A DNA stretch of 64,000 nucleotides, from the NCBI GenBank assembly GCA_038087875.1, contig JAXLNO010000260.1, positions 248,001 to 312,000 on the forward strand. The letters are read 5' to 3'. Both the position numbers and the translations under genes were made by a program. Shown in pieces: positions 36,372-49,384 of the stretch; position 1 is the stretch's first letter, and every line of letters begins with the position of its first letter. The notes beneath the pieces were generated by a model. The model saw nothing but the letters and a program-made list of their open reading frames with translations. It was not told the origin of the DNA and made no database searches. Source of the DNA: Malacoraja senta (lineage: Eukaryota).

Positions 36372-38630
36372 CTAGACTACGTGAGACCCGTTGGTCCCCC
36401 AACACAATATTCCACCTCTCCACCAATTCCAATAATGGTGGCCAGTGAGGGGGGGGTAGATTTCTGGAGCGCTAGTATGGGTGATGTGGGCTGAAGGGAC
36501 AGGTTTCCAGAGGGCTAATATGGACATTGTGGGCCAAATGGATTCTTGGGGTGGCAGCTCAGTCACTCAAGCCTGATGTGCTGGCAGATCATTCACGGCT
36601 GGTGGGCTAGCAGTTGACTCATGGCTATTCCTTGAAATTCCATTTCACGCAGGGTGCAAGGCCACCAAATTTAAATGCAGTTTCCTACCATTTCAAGCAG
36701 GGTGCAATGCCACCAAATTCAAGTGCAGTTTCTTACCACTTCAAGCAGGGTGCAAGGCCACTAAATTCAAGTGCAGTTTCTTGCACTTCAAGCAGGGTGC
36801 AAGGCCACCAAATTCAGGTGCAGTTTCCTACCACTTTAAGCAGGGTGCAAGGCCACCGAATTCAAGTGCAGTTTCCTACCACTTCAAGCAGGGTACAAGG
36901 CCACCGAATTCAAGTGCAGTTTACGACCACTTCAAGCAGGGTGCACGACCACCAAATTCAAGTGTAGTTTCTTGCACTTCAAGCAGGGTGCAAGGCCACC
37001 AAATTCAGGTGTAGTTTACTACCACTTCAAGCAGGGTGTAAGGCCACCGAATTCAAGTGCAGTTTCCTACCACTTCAAGCAGGGTGCAAGGCCACCGAAT
37101 TCAAGAGCAGTGTCCGACCACTTCAAGCAGGGTGCAAGGCCACCAAATTCAAATGCAGTTTCCTACCATTTCAAGCAGGGTGCAAGGTCACCAAATTCAA
37201 GTGCAGTTTCTTACCATTTCAAGCAGGGTGCACGCCACCGAATTCAAGTGCAGTTTCCGACCACTTCAAGCAGGGTGCAAGGCCACCAAACTCAAGTGCA
37301 GTTTCATGCCACTTCAAGCAGGGTGCAAGGCCACCAAATTCAAGTGCAGTTTAATGCCAGTTCAAGCAGGGTGCAAGGCCACCAAATTCAAGTGCAGTTT
37401 CATGCAAAATCAAGCAGGGTGCAAGGCCACCAAATGCAAGTGCAGTTTCGTGCCATTTCAAGCAAGGTGCAAGGCCACCAACGTCAAGTGCAGTTTCGTA
37501 CCACTTCAAGCAGGGTGCAAGGCCACCAAGTTCAAGTGCAGTTTCATACCACTTCAAGCAGGGTGCAAGGCCACCAATTTCACGTGTAGTTTCATACCAC
37601 TTCAAGCAGGGTGCAAGGCCACCAAATTCAAGTCCAGTTTCATACCACTTCAAGCAGGGAGCAAGGCCACCAAATTCAAGTGCAGTTTCTTACCATTTCA
37701 AGCTGGGTGCAAGGCCACCAAATTCAAGTGCAGTTTCATGTCATTTCAAGCAGAGTGAAACCACCTTAAAACCACCATAAAACCACAAAAAACTCCACCA
37801 AACACCACATAAACACCACACTCACAGTTCAGTAGACATTCAGTGTGTTCAGTTGATTCACAGCCCAGACAGTCGTGAACTCTCCCTCCCCCATCTTGCA
37901 GAGACTGAGCAACACCCACACTTCTGGGTTTTATAATCCCTCCCCCCTCCCACCGGAAGGGACGGGGACTTCATGGCATGATTGTCAGGAGAGAGATTCT
38001 CAACATTTTTTAAACACTAATAACACTTTTATGTTTCATTGATGGGAAGAATCCTCTGCACCTGTTGAGTGGAGGGGGACTGAGTAAGATGGCAAAAAAT
38101 CACAGCCGTAACTGGTAGAGTTTTATCTAATATCAATATACAGTGCAAACAGGAAGTTGTCAAGTTTAGACTTTTAATCATTTGCCATTTCAGACCAACC
38201 ACCACCAACCATTTGCTGTGCTTTTTCAAACTAACCACATTTCCATTTTCAAACGACATTAAGGGCACTCAAGGTCAGTAAAACCACACTCACAGTTTAG
38301 TAGACATGTGTTCAGTATTATTCACAGCTCAGACTGAGAGACGTGACCCTCTCGCTCCCCCATCTTGCAGAGACTGACTGAGGCACTCAACACTTCTGGG
38401 TTTTATAGTCCCTCCGGAAGGGGCATGGCCTTCAGGAGAGAATCTCAACATTTTTCAAACACTAATAACTGTTTTTTTTTTCATCGATGGGAACAATCCT
38501 CTTGTCCTGCGCAGTGCAGGGGGACTGAGTAAGATGGCCAAAAATCACAGCCATAAGTGGCAGTATTTTTTCTAAAATCAATATACAGAACAACAGGAAG
38601 TGGTCAAGATCAGACTTATAGTAATATAGA
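36372..38630 (-). mobile_element. Complete non-autonomous Helitron carrying a minisatellite and an internal duplication
   Basis: Minus strand begins A|TCTATATTACTATAAG and ends with a hairpin GGGACCAACGGGTCTC...CTAG|T. These are TC...CTAG termini inserted between A and T with no TSD. Confidence 0.85.
36638..37756. repeat. 48-bp minisatellite, about 23 copies
   Basis: Unit TTCAAGCAGGGTGCAAGGCCACCAAATTCAAGTGCAGTTTCCTACCAC; it produces the 16-aa periodic ORFs in the track. Confidence 0.95.
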
Positions 38631-38873
38631 TGTCATGAGTTTGGAGGGGTCAGCTGAAGAAAATTTGGTGGCTTGATGCAATGAATCTTAAAGATTGTTC
38701 ATGCTCTGGCCTCCCTTGTCAATAATAGAGAGTATGATCTTTAAACCTATGGTTGGGGTATTGATCACTTATCAGTCCTGGATGAGTTGAGCTTCCTGAG
38801 CACAGATAATGTTGTGGCCACCCAGTAAAATGCAATTTAAGATCATGAACCTTTTTAAATCCATTGAAATATT

Positions 38874-41321
38874 TTACTTTCGGGCTATTAAAGACATCGG
38901 GAGCGTTTTCCAAAATGTAATTAGTGTGTTTAATTTATTAAGTAGGGGATCAAAATTTGCTTTAAACTTACCTTGATATGTTCTAGTCATTTCGATTCCC
39001 AAGTATTTGAATTTTTCTGTAGCTATTTTAAAAGGGAATTTTAAAAGATGTGTTGAATCTTTCGGTTTTATTGACATAATTTCACTTTTATTCCAATTTA
39101 TTCTGTATCCAGAAAAAGATCCTAAGTCTTCAATTAAATTTAATATATTTGGTATAGTGATTTGAGGTTTTGTAATGTACAGTAATATATCATCCGTGTA
39201 TAAAGATATTTTATTATTTGAATCTTTAGTATTATACCCATGGATATCAGGGTGTATTCTAATTTCTTCTGCTAACAGTTCAATAATAAGAGCAAACAAC
39301 TGTGGTGATAATGAGCATCCTTGTCTATTTCCCCTTGATAGTTGGAATTTCGAGGATAATATGTTATTAGTTAATATTCTAGCTGTAGGTTTATTATATA
39401 ATAATTTAATCCATAGAATAAAATTCTCTCCCAGTTGGAATTTTTGTAATACTTTATCCATATAATTCCATTCTACTTGGTCAAATGCTTTTTCAGCATC
39501 CAGCGAAATAATTGATAATTCTTGTTCTTCAGATTTGTGTGAGTGCATTATGTTGAGTAAACGTCTCATATTGTTAGATGAGTATCTCTTAGGGATAAAC
39601 CCCGTCTGATCTGGGTTTATTAGTTTACTAATGTATTTACTTAATCTTCCAGCTAATGTTTTTGCTAATATTTTTTGATCTGTGTTTAACAATGCTATAG
39701 CTCTATATGAACCCGGTTCTTCTATATCTTTGTCTTTCTTAAGTATTAGTGTAATAGTTGATTCCGCTAATGTATCAGGTAGTATTTGTTTTTTAAAAGC
39801 ATATTGGTACATTTTTTGTAATCTTGGTATAATTTTGTCATAAAAGCTGTTATAAAATTCATTGGTAAATCCATCAGGACCTGGTGTTTTTCCATTCTTT
39901 AGTGAGTTTATTGTATCTTCTAATTCCTTAATTGAGATTTGTGCACCCAATTCCTCTTGTTCCTTCAACTCTAACTTTGGAAGATTACAATTATCCCAAA
40001 ACTCTGTGATTTTATTGGAGTCAGTTGTCATTTTAGATGTATACAAATTCTCATAAAATTGCACAAATCTTTTATTAATATCTTTCGGTATGGTTAATGA
40101 ATCCCCTTTATCTGATTTAATCTTTGGGATCGTATGTTCTTTTTCTAGTTTTTTTAGCTGGCGAGCCAAAAGTTTATGCGGTTTATCCCCAAATTCAAAG
40201 TGCTCTTGTTTTGTAATTTGAAAAAGTCTTATAAGTTTGGCTGATAATAGTTTATTTAATTTAAATTTCAAAATTATTATTTTATTATGTTTATCTATTG
40301 ATGGATCTTTAGCATTATCTATATCCATTTGTCTAATAAGTTCTTCTAACTGTCTTTGTTCATTCTTATTATTTTTATTTTGAAAAGCTTGATATGAAAT
40401 TATAATACCCCTGATGTATGCTTTAAAAGATTCCCATAATACAGTAGGCGATATATCTGAAGTGTCATTTATTTGAAAAAAGGCATCCATTTGTTCTTTT
40501 AAATATATACTCGCTTGTGGATCTTTTAGGATTTGAGAATTAAATCTCCAAAACGGTTTATTCTTAGACATTCCTTCCAGTTTTAAAAAGAAAGTTAGTG
40601 GTGAATGGTCTGAAATCGAATTTGTATGGTATGTTGGGTTAAAAGTATGAGGGATTAATTTTGTATCCACCGGGAAGTAATCTATACATGAGTATGTTTT
40701 GTGTACCGTTGAATAAAACGAGTATTCCCTGCCAGTTGGATTAACATTTCTCCAAACATCTGCTATATTAGTATTGTTTATGTAAGTATTGAGAAGTTCA
40801 CCAGTTTTAGATTTCATATTCCCTCTCTGTTTTTGGCTTGATTTATCTAAATACGGATCTAAAACACAGTTAAAGTCTCCTCCTATTATAACATTTTGAT
40901 AGTTAGACTCTGCAATTATGTTCAACATTTTATTTTAAAAATGAGGGTTGTCAAAGTTAGGCGCATATATATTTACCAAGGTAATTGGAGTATCATGAAT
41001 TTCTCCATTAACTATTAAGTATCTCCCTTCGATGTCTGTTATGATATTCTTTGCTTTAAATGGTATACCTTTTCTTATAATGATTGACGTACCTCTAGAT
41101 TTTGAAGTAAATGAAGAATGGTATGTTTGACCTATCCATTTCGCCCTCAACCTAGCTTGATCCTGAAATTTTAAATGAATTTCTTGTAAGAAGATAATGT
41201 CAGAGTTGTACAGTTTCAGCTGAGCTAGTATCTTACCCCTTTTAATAGGTTCGTTAATACCTCTTATATTCCAACTACAGAATAAGATTCCTCCTAGGTT
41301 CTTTTGCTTAGTATCTTGCAT
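38874..41321 (-). pseudogene. L1 ORF2 5' portion (APE endonuclease plus RT), frameshifted, YADD changed to YTDD
   Basis: SWNIRG, FLQE, NIYAPN, GGDFN, IDY, SDH; KTPGPDGF, YRAIALLNTD, LDAEKAFD, RQGCSLSP, YTDD. Confidence 0.93.
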
Positions 41322-42169
41322 TTTAAATAATTATAGTACTTTTAAATCTTGTGGTGCATCCATATCCCAGGTCTTTGGGTATTGCGGGTACATTTGAATT
41401 TCTAAGTTTTGTTGGTATATCCCTTTTATGCTTATCACTAAACACAAAACACAAACATGTGAGTTTATGTGATAATTTAAAAAAAATGAAAAAAGTGAAA
41501 ATACAGTGTCTAATATAATCGGCACTGTAGCAAGTGGCCCACCTGTAGGTGGGAAAAAACCTTGTTTCGACTTCCATTGTGATGTTAAACAAATAGCTCC
41601 GCTCTCTTGGTTAATCATAACATATTAAAATATTAAAACGGGGCCTCACATTCAGATATATAATACAATTTTACCCTATATATTTCATTATAACATATCA
41701 TGTATATATCGCAATTTTAGCTACTAATTATTAAACAGATACTTTTGACTTCCATAATGGTCAACTGTTGGTTGAAGGGGTTAACGGGACATGCCCCTGG
41801 ACCTAAGCCAGGTGCTCGTTTCTCATCCCCACCTCCCAGTTATAGATAAGGTTTAAATTTATTAAAAATTCGGATTAGTATGTTAGTTCATTATTTTTTT
41901 TTATTTTATATTTTTATTTTTGTTAGCATTCTAATCTAACATGGATAACTTATTAAGTTGTTAATAGGATAAGTTCTTACAATTGGATTTAATATTGTAG
42001 TCTATTAAACAGATAATGCTTCTGGTATATACCATTCACTTCTGTTCAGCTGTTTACTCATTTTTGAACAGAAAGTGTCCTTGATTCAACATTCCATAGA
42101 TAACAGTCTAGCCATCCCAAGACAAAACATTGCTTGGAATGGTTCAGATCTGCCAAACCTCCATTTGAT

Positions 42170-43281
42170 TTCTATTTTTCAACGATACTCTGGGCATATT
42201 TGAACGCATCTTCAGGTTTTGCAAATGACTTTTCAGAACCCTTGAAAGAAATACGCATTTTAGCTGGATAAAAAACCCCGTATCTGATCCCTTGTTTCCC
42301 ATCTTAAAAGATCTTTAACCTTCCCGAATTGGTTTCTCTTTTGCACAATTTCATACGGATAGTCCCTGAATATCTTGATAATGTCATTGTCCACCCGCAG
42401 CTGTACTCCGTATTTGATTTTGCTCATAACATCTTCCAGTTCTAAAATATCCCGAAATTTCACAATAATATGTCGTGGATTACTTTTTCCAGCATCAGAT
42501 CTCTGTTTAAATCTTGGAACACAGTGAGTCACTTCAATTTTCGGTTCTTTGTAAAGATTAAGCAGTTGTTTAAGTAGCCCATGGCAAACTCACGAACGTC
42601 CTTCCCCTCGACTCCCTCTGAGACTCCAAGAATTCTCAAATTCTGGCGTCTAGAGCGAGCTTCCAGGTCCAGGCATTTGTCTGAGACTTTCCCCAGTTGA
42701 ATCACCATCTGTAGTGAAGTTTGTTCATTTTCTTGCTTCATTTGCTCATATTCTTGCCTCATTTTCGCCATGTCTTCAACCACTCGAGCCGTATTTTTCT
42801 CCAATTCTGTAATTGTGCGCATACTTGCAGCTACTGTTTCAAGCACAGCCATGAACCTGTCCGTAGTAGTTTCATCCATCTTGTCCATTCTCTCCGATAG
42901 TCCATCTTTCACATCATCAATTCGTTTATTTATAGTGTCCAGTGAATCAATCACCTTCTGATTACCAGCATCAATAGCCTTCTGATTACCAGCATTTGAA
43001 TCCATCATCATCTTTTCCATTTTTTCCATCATATTTCCCATATTTTCCATATTTTCCATCAGAGTTTTATTTTCATTCAAAATCTCATCTATTATATCTT
43101 TCACAGATTTCTTCAAATCATCAAACTCTTTGTCCTTACCAGACTCTGTCTTAGATCTTGTATCCATTTCTGCAGCCACTTCAGAAACTTCAGAGGTAAC
43201 TTCTCCTTCAGGCTTCTTCTGGTTTCTCAGCAGCTTTTTCACTGATCTCTGAGGGCTCTTGGCTGGAGACAGTTTTTCTCA
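42170..43281 (-). pseudogene. L1 ORF1 (coiled coil plus RRM/CTD), frameshifted
   Basis: Coiled coil followed by DLEARSRRQNLRILGVSE, PRHIIVKF and IKIFRDY, which are L1 ORF1p hallmarks. Confidence 0.88.
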
Positions 43282-43325
43282 TTTAAAAGGCTTTAAACCA
43301 CCGTTTAAAACATCAAAACATTAAA

Positions 43326-44677
43326 ACGAATAAGTGCAATAAAAATGATCTTTCTACCACAAATTTTATACCTATTTCAATCGATTCCTATATACTTACC
43401 AAATATTTTTTTTTAAAACTGGACTCAGATATCACTACTTTTATGTGGGACTATAAATCACATAGAATACAAAAAACTCACTTGAATAAACCTAAAGTAT
43501 TAGGGGGTTTAGCACTACCTAATTTCATGTATTATTATTGGTCAGTAAATATTAAAAATATGATTAACTGATGGATAACTCTGCCCAGCAAGTGGACTGA
43601 ATTGTAATGGAGAGAGAGGATTGCTCCTCTGGAAACATTGGAGCGATCCTCCTCTCACCAATGAAACTGAATAACATAAATTATAATAAGAACCCAATTA
43701 CACATAGCACAATCCGAATTTGGAAAGAAATAAAATAAAATTTAAAATTAAGAAATGTATTGCTTTTATCTCCCATAGTTAATAACCCTTCGTTTAATCC
43801 CTCTATTATAGATAAATCTTTCACACACTGGGATAGACTAGGAGTTGAAACGTTCGGTGACTTGTATGAAACTGGAAAATGACTTTCATTTCAACAATTA
43901 CAAATAAAATATAAACTCAGAAATAATCAATATTTTAAATATTTTCAAATATGCGACTATTTGAAAAAATATACAAAAGATCATTATAATAGCCCAGCAG
44001 ATGTATTGGATGATGCAATGCAGATAAAAGCTGAATCAGCAAACTTAATATCATATTTGTATAATATTATCTTAAATGTAGAAATACCATCTACGGAGGG
44101 TATCAGAAGAGACTGGGAACAAGAATTAGCTATTAAAATTTCAAAGGAAAGGTGGAATGAACACTTATTAAACGTGCATAAATGTTCGATTAATGTAAGA
44201 CACATTTTAATACAATTTAAAATTTTACATCGATTATATTATTCCAAAACTAAAATCTATAAAATGTTCCCCAATGTATCATCCATTTGTGATAAATGTC
44301 AATCCCAAGAAGCTACTATAGCGCAGTCATTTGTTTTCTGTACAAAAATTCAAAAATTTTGGATTGAAATTTTTGAAATCTTTACAAAATTATTTAAAAT
44401 AAAACTGATACCCAAAGCAGAATGGATTATCTTCGGAATAACGGAAGATGGTCCAGAACTAAATGTGTTCCAAAAGAAACTAATAGACTATGGGTTAATA
44501 ACTGGAAAAAAGCTAATCCTAAAATTTTGGAAAAAGGCTCCAATACCAACTATAAATATGTGGATTTCAAATATGTTCGAAACATTACACCTAGAAGAGA
44601 TAAGACTCCTCCTGGCAGGCAAACCAGATCACTTCCACCTGACGTGGTCTGCATTTATAGAATTATTACAAATATAG
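43326..44677 (+). pseudogene. L1 ORF2 3' portion with decayed CCHC zinc knuckle
   Basis: GGLALPNF.YY, IQFKILHRLYYS, CDKCQSQEATIAQSFVFC. Confidence 0.9.
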
Positions 44678-45779
44678 GGTGCAAAAGTACCTTAAAAAAA
44701 ACTGAGGTCAGGTAAGGGGGGATGAAAGTTGGAGAGTTGGTATGTCCCATTTGCGTGATGCTTACAAAAACTATTTGTTTTTCTCTTTTCCCTCTTTCTC
44801 TTTCTTCTTCTTTTCTAGGGTCTATTTCTTAACTTTTTCTTTTGTTTTTAATTTTGTTCTTATAGGGTCTTCGTTCTTTCTTGTTGTCACGTTTTCTACA
44901 CTTTCACTGTTTCCTTCACTTTCTTCTTTCTCTCAATCTCATCCTTTCCCTTTACTAGTGTAAAAAACAAACAGAGTACATTAATTGTACGAAGATATAT
45001 GTGACGAGTACTAATGTATGTGGTTGTAATGTAATGTACTTCTAATAAATAAAAAATAAAAAAATAAATATATATATTTTTTACTTTCTCATCCTCATTA
45101 TTTTCATGCAGGTTGTTACAGCTAAATAGTAGAGAGGATACAAGTGATAGGAAGGTTGTTTTAGTTTCACCTGCTCTAGAACCAGTGATACTTCTGTACC
45201 TGCTCCAATTGTTTCTGGTCAGTGTTAACACTCTGTAATATTGATGGTGGAGGGATTAGTATTCATTTTATCATTGAATACGATGGGTAAACAAATAATC
45301 TTTCCTTTTTGCAAAGTAGCCATAACTTGACACTTATTTGGCAAATGCAACTTGCTGCTTCTTAGACTAAATACATTGCCTGTGGAGACATAAGTTACTT
45401 AAAGCTTAAATAATGTACACTGGAAAATGATCAAACAGTTTTGCAAAAGGTCAAGGTTGTCAACTGACCAAAACAAGTTTAAAGTTGTAGGTGAAACAAT
45501 CAATAAATATCAGCTGATGGAAGCATTGGCAGCAGTTGGGTTCTTTGTGGGAACTTGGATTGGATGTTAGATATCAGCTAATTTTCAGTTAGCACCCTTA
45601 CTTTGAAATTAGTGATGTGATGAGTAATATTGGATGAATTATGAGTAATTGAGGAGGATCAAAAATAGGTGGCAAGGTGAAGGAGGAAATTACTTGTCAT
45701 ATGCCAGGTGGCTTGTATAAATAATCCCCAGTATTGATGTCATGCTGTAGGAATAGATAATTACAGCATCAGTCTCAAA

Positions 45780-47400
45780 AGTCACAACATGTTGGAGTAA
45801 CTCAACGGGTCAGGCAGCATCTCGGGAGAACATGGACAGGTGCCTTTTCGGATCGGGACCCTTCTTCAGACTGATTGTGGTCAGCGGGAGAAAGGTGGAA
45901 AAGAGTGGGGGCAGGACAAAGTCTGGCAAATTTAGATGGATACAGCTGGGTTGATTGGCAGATGTTTGGACAAAGTCCAGAGATGAAAAGATAAAAAGTG
46001 TGAGATAAGGAGATAAGGAAACAAGGGTCAAGAATTTTGAAGCCAGAGGAATAAGTATAGGTGGAAGGAGGCAGGGACAGGGGAAAGGGGAAAGGGGAAG
46101 GGGGTGCAAATCCAGGTTATTGGCACATCATCCAGGAATGCTAGCAGCCCTTCCAGGCGAGATGGAGGTTCACATGCTCCTCCTCTAATCTCATCTACTG
46201 CATTTTGAGGAGATACAGGGACAGGGGTTACATCTCCTGTGGTCATCATGGCTCGTCCATTAATTTCCTCTTCATCTCATCTACTGCAGTCAGTGCTCCT
46301 GATGTGGTCTCATTATTTCTTGTCGCCGCTGTATTTTAAAATGTTCAAAACCTCTCGGCGACAATGGGCTTGACGTTGCCGTTGGCGATAACAAGTGTAC
46401 ACTAGGTAATGGATTCGCCGAACACTTAGTCTACCAAGCCCTGCTAGATCTCCCAGTTGCTAACCATTTTAAAGGGCCTGTCCCACTTAGGCGAATGTTT
46501 AGGCAACTGTGGCAACAGTCACTGTCGCGGCATGACGCCGGAAAGGTACCCACCCCACGACAAGCTACCATCTAGTTGACGTCAAGCTACGACAACCTAC
46601 GTCAACCGGCGACACAATTCCTCGTGACTTGGGGCTTCCATCTACGACCACACCTACAACAACCTACGACAAACTGCGACCACACAGGCAACAACCTACG
46701 ACACCCGAAGTCAACCTACCTCCAACCAGCAACAAGCTACAACCCTGTCGGCGACAAATGAAGACCACTGAATAATTCACTTGATGCCGGAATTGTCGCC
46801 GGTTGACGTAGGATGACATAGGTTGGCGCCAATGGAAGTCACCAAGGTTATGAACCAGCGACAACCAACGTCACTTGGCGTCATCCTGGCAACAACCTAC
46901 GACAGCACCTACGACAAGAGAAGAAGGCAACGTCAAGCAACGTCAAGCCCATTGTCGCCGAGAAGTTTTGAAAATTTCAAAATACAGCGGCGACAAGAAA
47001 TAAGTAACGACACTTGAAGAGACCGCTCACAACAATACAGGCGTAACCCCGCGTCACGCCGCGACCATGTGGCGACATTTCAGCTGTCGTTGAAAAAATC
47101 GCCTAAATGGGACAGGCCCTTAACTCTCCTTCACATTCCCATACTGACCTTTCTGTCCTCGGCCTCCTCCATTGCCAGTGAGGGCAAAGCAAACTGGAAG
47201 AATAGCATCTCATATTTCACTTGGGTAGCTTACAAACCTAATGATATGAATATTGTATTCACCAATTTTAGGTACCTAATGTACAGAGGACACCCTTCCC
47301 TTCTACCCTCCATTTTCACCCTTTCTTCTCTGTCCCACCTGAATTTGCACCCATTTCTCCCCTCCCCCTCCCCATATCCTCTTCCATCTATATTCCTTCT
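45780..47400 (+). mobile_element. Rearranged Penelope element: inverted terminal repeat (45780-46120) plus GIY-YIG remnants split by a MITE
   Basis: Hammerhead-like motif on minus at 45838-45872; ggttcacatgctcctcctctaatctcatctactgc (RFTCSSSNLIYC); HFNS split at 46470/47121. Confidence 0.8.
46473..47120. mobile_element. PIF/Harbinger MITE with TAA TSD
   Basis: TAA-AGGGCCTGTCCCACTTAGGCGA...TCGCCTAAATGGGACAGGCCCT-TAA. Removing it restores the Penelope sequence cattttaactc. Confidence 0.92.
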
Positions 47401-47752
47401 TCATAAGTTCATAAGTCATAGGAGAATTAGGCCATTCGGCCCATCCAGTCTTCTCCGCCATTCAACCATGGCTGATCTATCTTTCTCTCTCAACCCCATT
47501 CTCCTGCCTTCCCCCCATAACCTTTGACAGCCTTACTAATTAAAATCTATCAATCGATGCTTAAAAAATACCTGAAGACGGCCACCAGAGTTGTCTATTT
47601 GCAATGAATTCCACAGATTTACCATGTTCTAGCAAAAGAAATTCCACCTCATCTCCTTTCTAAAGATACATCATTTTATTCTGAGGATATGCTCTCTGAT
47701 AGACTATCCCACGAGTGGGAACATTCTCTTCACATCCACTCTATCCAGGCCA
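47400..47752 (-). mobile_element. CR1 3' fragment with (CTTATGA)-type tail
   Basis: tcataagttcataagtcataggagaattaggccattcggccc...gaattccacagattt. Confidence 0.8.
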
Positions 47753-47820
47753 TTTTTGACTTTTCATCTCGCGTCTTGTCCAATCATCTGCCAATCAAAT
47801 CCCTGTTTACCTACCTACCT

Positions 47821-47975
47821 AAAATGCTGGAGTAACTCAGCAGGACAGGCAGCATCTCTGGATAGAAGGAATGGGTGATGTTTTGGGTCAAACCCTTCTT
47901 CAGACTGTCCCGCTGAGTTACTCCAGAATTTTGCGTCTACCTTTGATTTAAACCAACATCTACAGTTCTTTCCTA
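47821..47975. mobile_element. Small fold-back Penelope-derived insertion within an older Penelope terminal repeat
   Basis: AAAATGCTGGAGTAACTCAGCAGGACAG (47821) is inverted to CTGTCCCGCTGAGTTACTCCAGAATTTT (47905), enclosing a decayed hammerhead motif. Confidence 0.75.
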
Positions 47976-49384
47976 CCTGCCTACCTGCCTACCTGCCTAT
48001 CTGACCCAAAATGACTCCTGTCCAAATTCTCCAAAGATGCTGCCTGACCAACTGAGTTACTCCAACACGTTGTGTCTTTTTTGGTAAACCAGCATCTGTA
48101 GTTCCTTGTGTCGACAGTATCATTCTGTTAGTTTTCTAAATCAGAGGGATCAATGTTCTGACATAGCTGAGTAAGTCTGTGTTTCTCTTTCTTCATAAAT
48201 GTGAGCTGGCACAGCTGTCTTGACTTGGAGTGATTGGATTACAAAGAATAAAATGTGATGATCCAGTCTGCTGTGTTACTGATTAGCTGGGTTCCTTTGC
48301 AATGGAAGTAAAGCTCAATAGTTGAGTCCCTGTGGAGCAGGAGACTGCTTAAGCTCTAGCCCTGAAAAGGACTAGACCTTGGGCCTATTCCGTCATTCAA
48401 TTTAATCATGGCTGAACTCCATTTATCTGTCTTTGCGATTTATCCTCTGTCTCAGAAAAAAACATAACAGTTTTGTTCCTGAAAACAACTATCAAATCAT
48501 TATCTACTTCCTTTCAGAGAGACAGTCAGTTATTGTTTGTAAAAACTTCCTTCCGGCTTTATACATTCCAGTATAATTTTAAAATGAAGACCTTTACTTC
48601 ACCTTCCTTCACTACAGAATTATAGCAATAATATAGCAGAGACAAAGGTTCTTTGATTATCACGTCAATCCTGGCTCCTAATAAATTAGTCCTGTCATCG
48701 CAATAGTCATACAGCCTGGAAAAAGTCCATTTGTTCCAAATTATCCACGCCGACCAAGATAGCCCAAACATCTTCCCATGTTTGGCCCATATAATCCTTT
48801 CCTATCCATGTAACTGTCCAAGTGTCTTTTAAATGTTGTAATGAAATATTCTGTTACTCTATGGTTGCATTCTTCTGCTCTTTCCCCACAGTCCTCCAAT
48901 TATTTTTCTCATCCAAATACCTTTTTTAATTCTATTTTGAAGACACCCATTGTTTTTGCTTCCTGCACACCTTGACAGTTCCAGGAGATCACCCTGAGTT
49001 CTTCACATCACCTTTTGCTTACATTTTAAAGTGATGTCCTCTGACCCTTGAATCTTCTGTAGTTGGAGCCGTTTCCCTCTATTTACTAGTTCTGAATCCA
49101 TCATAATCTTATACACATTTCTATCAACGCTCCTCGCATCTTCTTTGGTCCAAAAAGAACAAACCCAGCTTCTCAGTTTAATCTCAGAGGTAAAATCACT
49201 CTTCCTGAGAACATTTCGGATACATTTTCAACATCATCTCTGGGGCTTTCACGTCATTCCTGTTCGTTGAGTAGTTCTGTATGATATTTCTTTGTGTACA
49301 CCTTACTAAATCCCTTTACTTTACTGTGCCAATTCTCCAAATACCAAAGAAAAGGAAACCAAGTACACACAACTTGTGGTCATT

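Larger units (their letters stand above)
38867..45088 (+). mobile_element. L1-clade LINE with large 5' inversion (38880-43325 on minus, 43326-45070 on plus), A-rich tail and TSD
   Basis: The inverted part ends ...WKTLPMSLIAR and the forward part resumes RISAIKMIFLPQILYLFQSIP. TSD-like ATATTTT(TT)ACTTTC at about 38869-38881 and 45074-45088. Confidence 0.92.

Noticed and set aside
36638..37756. CRISPR-like array or repeat-protein gene
   Set aside because: The units are contiguous tandem copies with no unique spacers and no cas genes, in a eukaryotic context. The long ORFs arise in several frames because the 48-bp unit is stop-poor.
42529..43242. Host coiled-coil protein gene
   Set aside because: It contains L1 ORF1p motifs and sits upstream of L1 ORF2.
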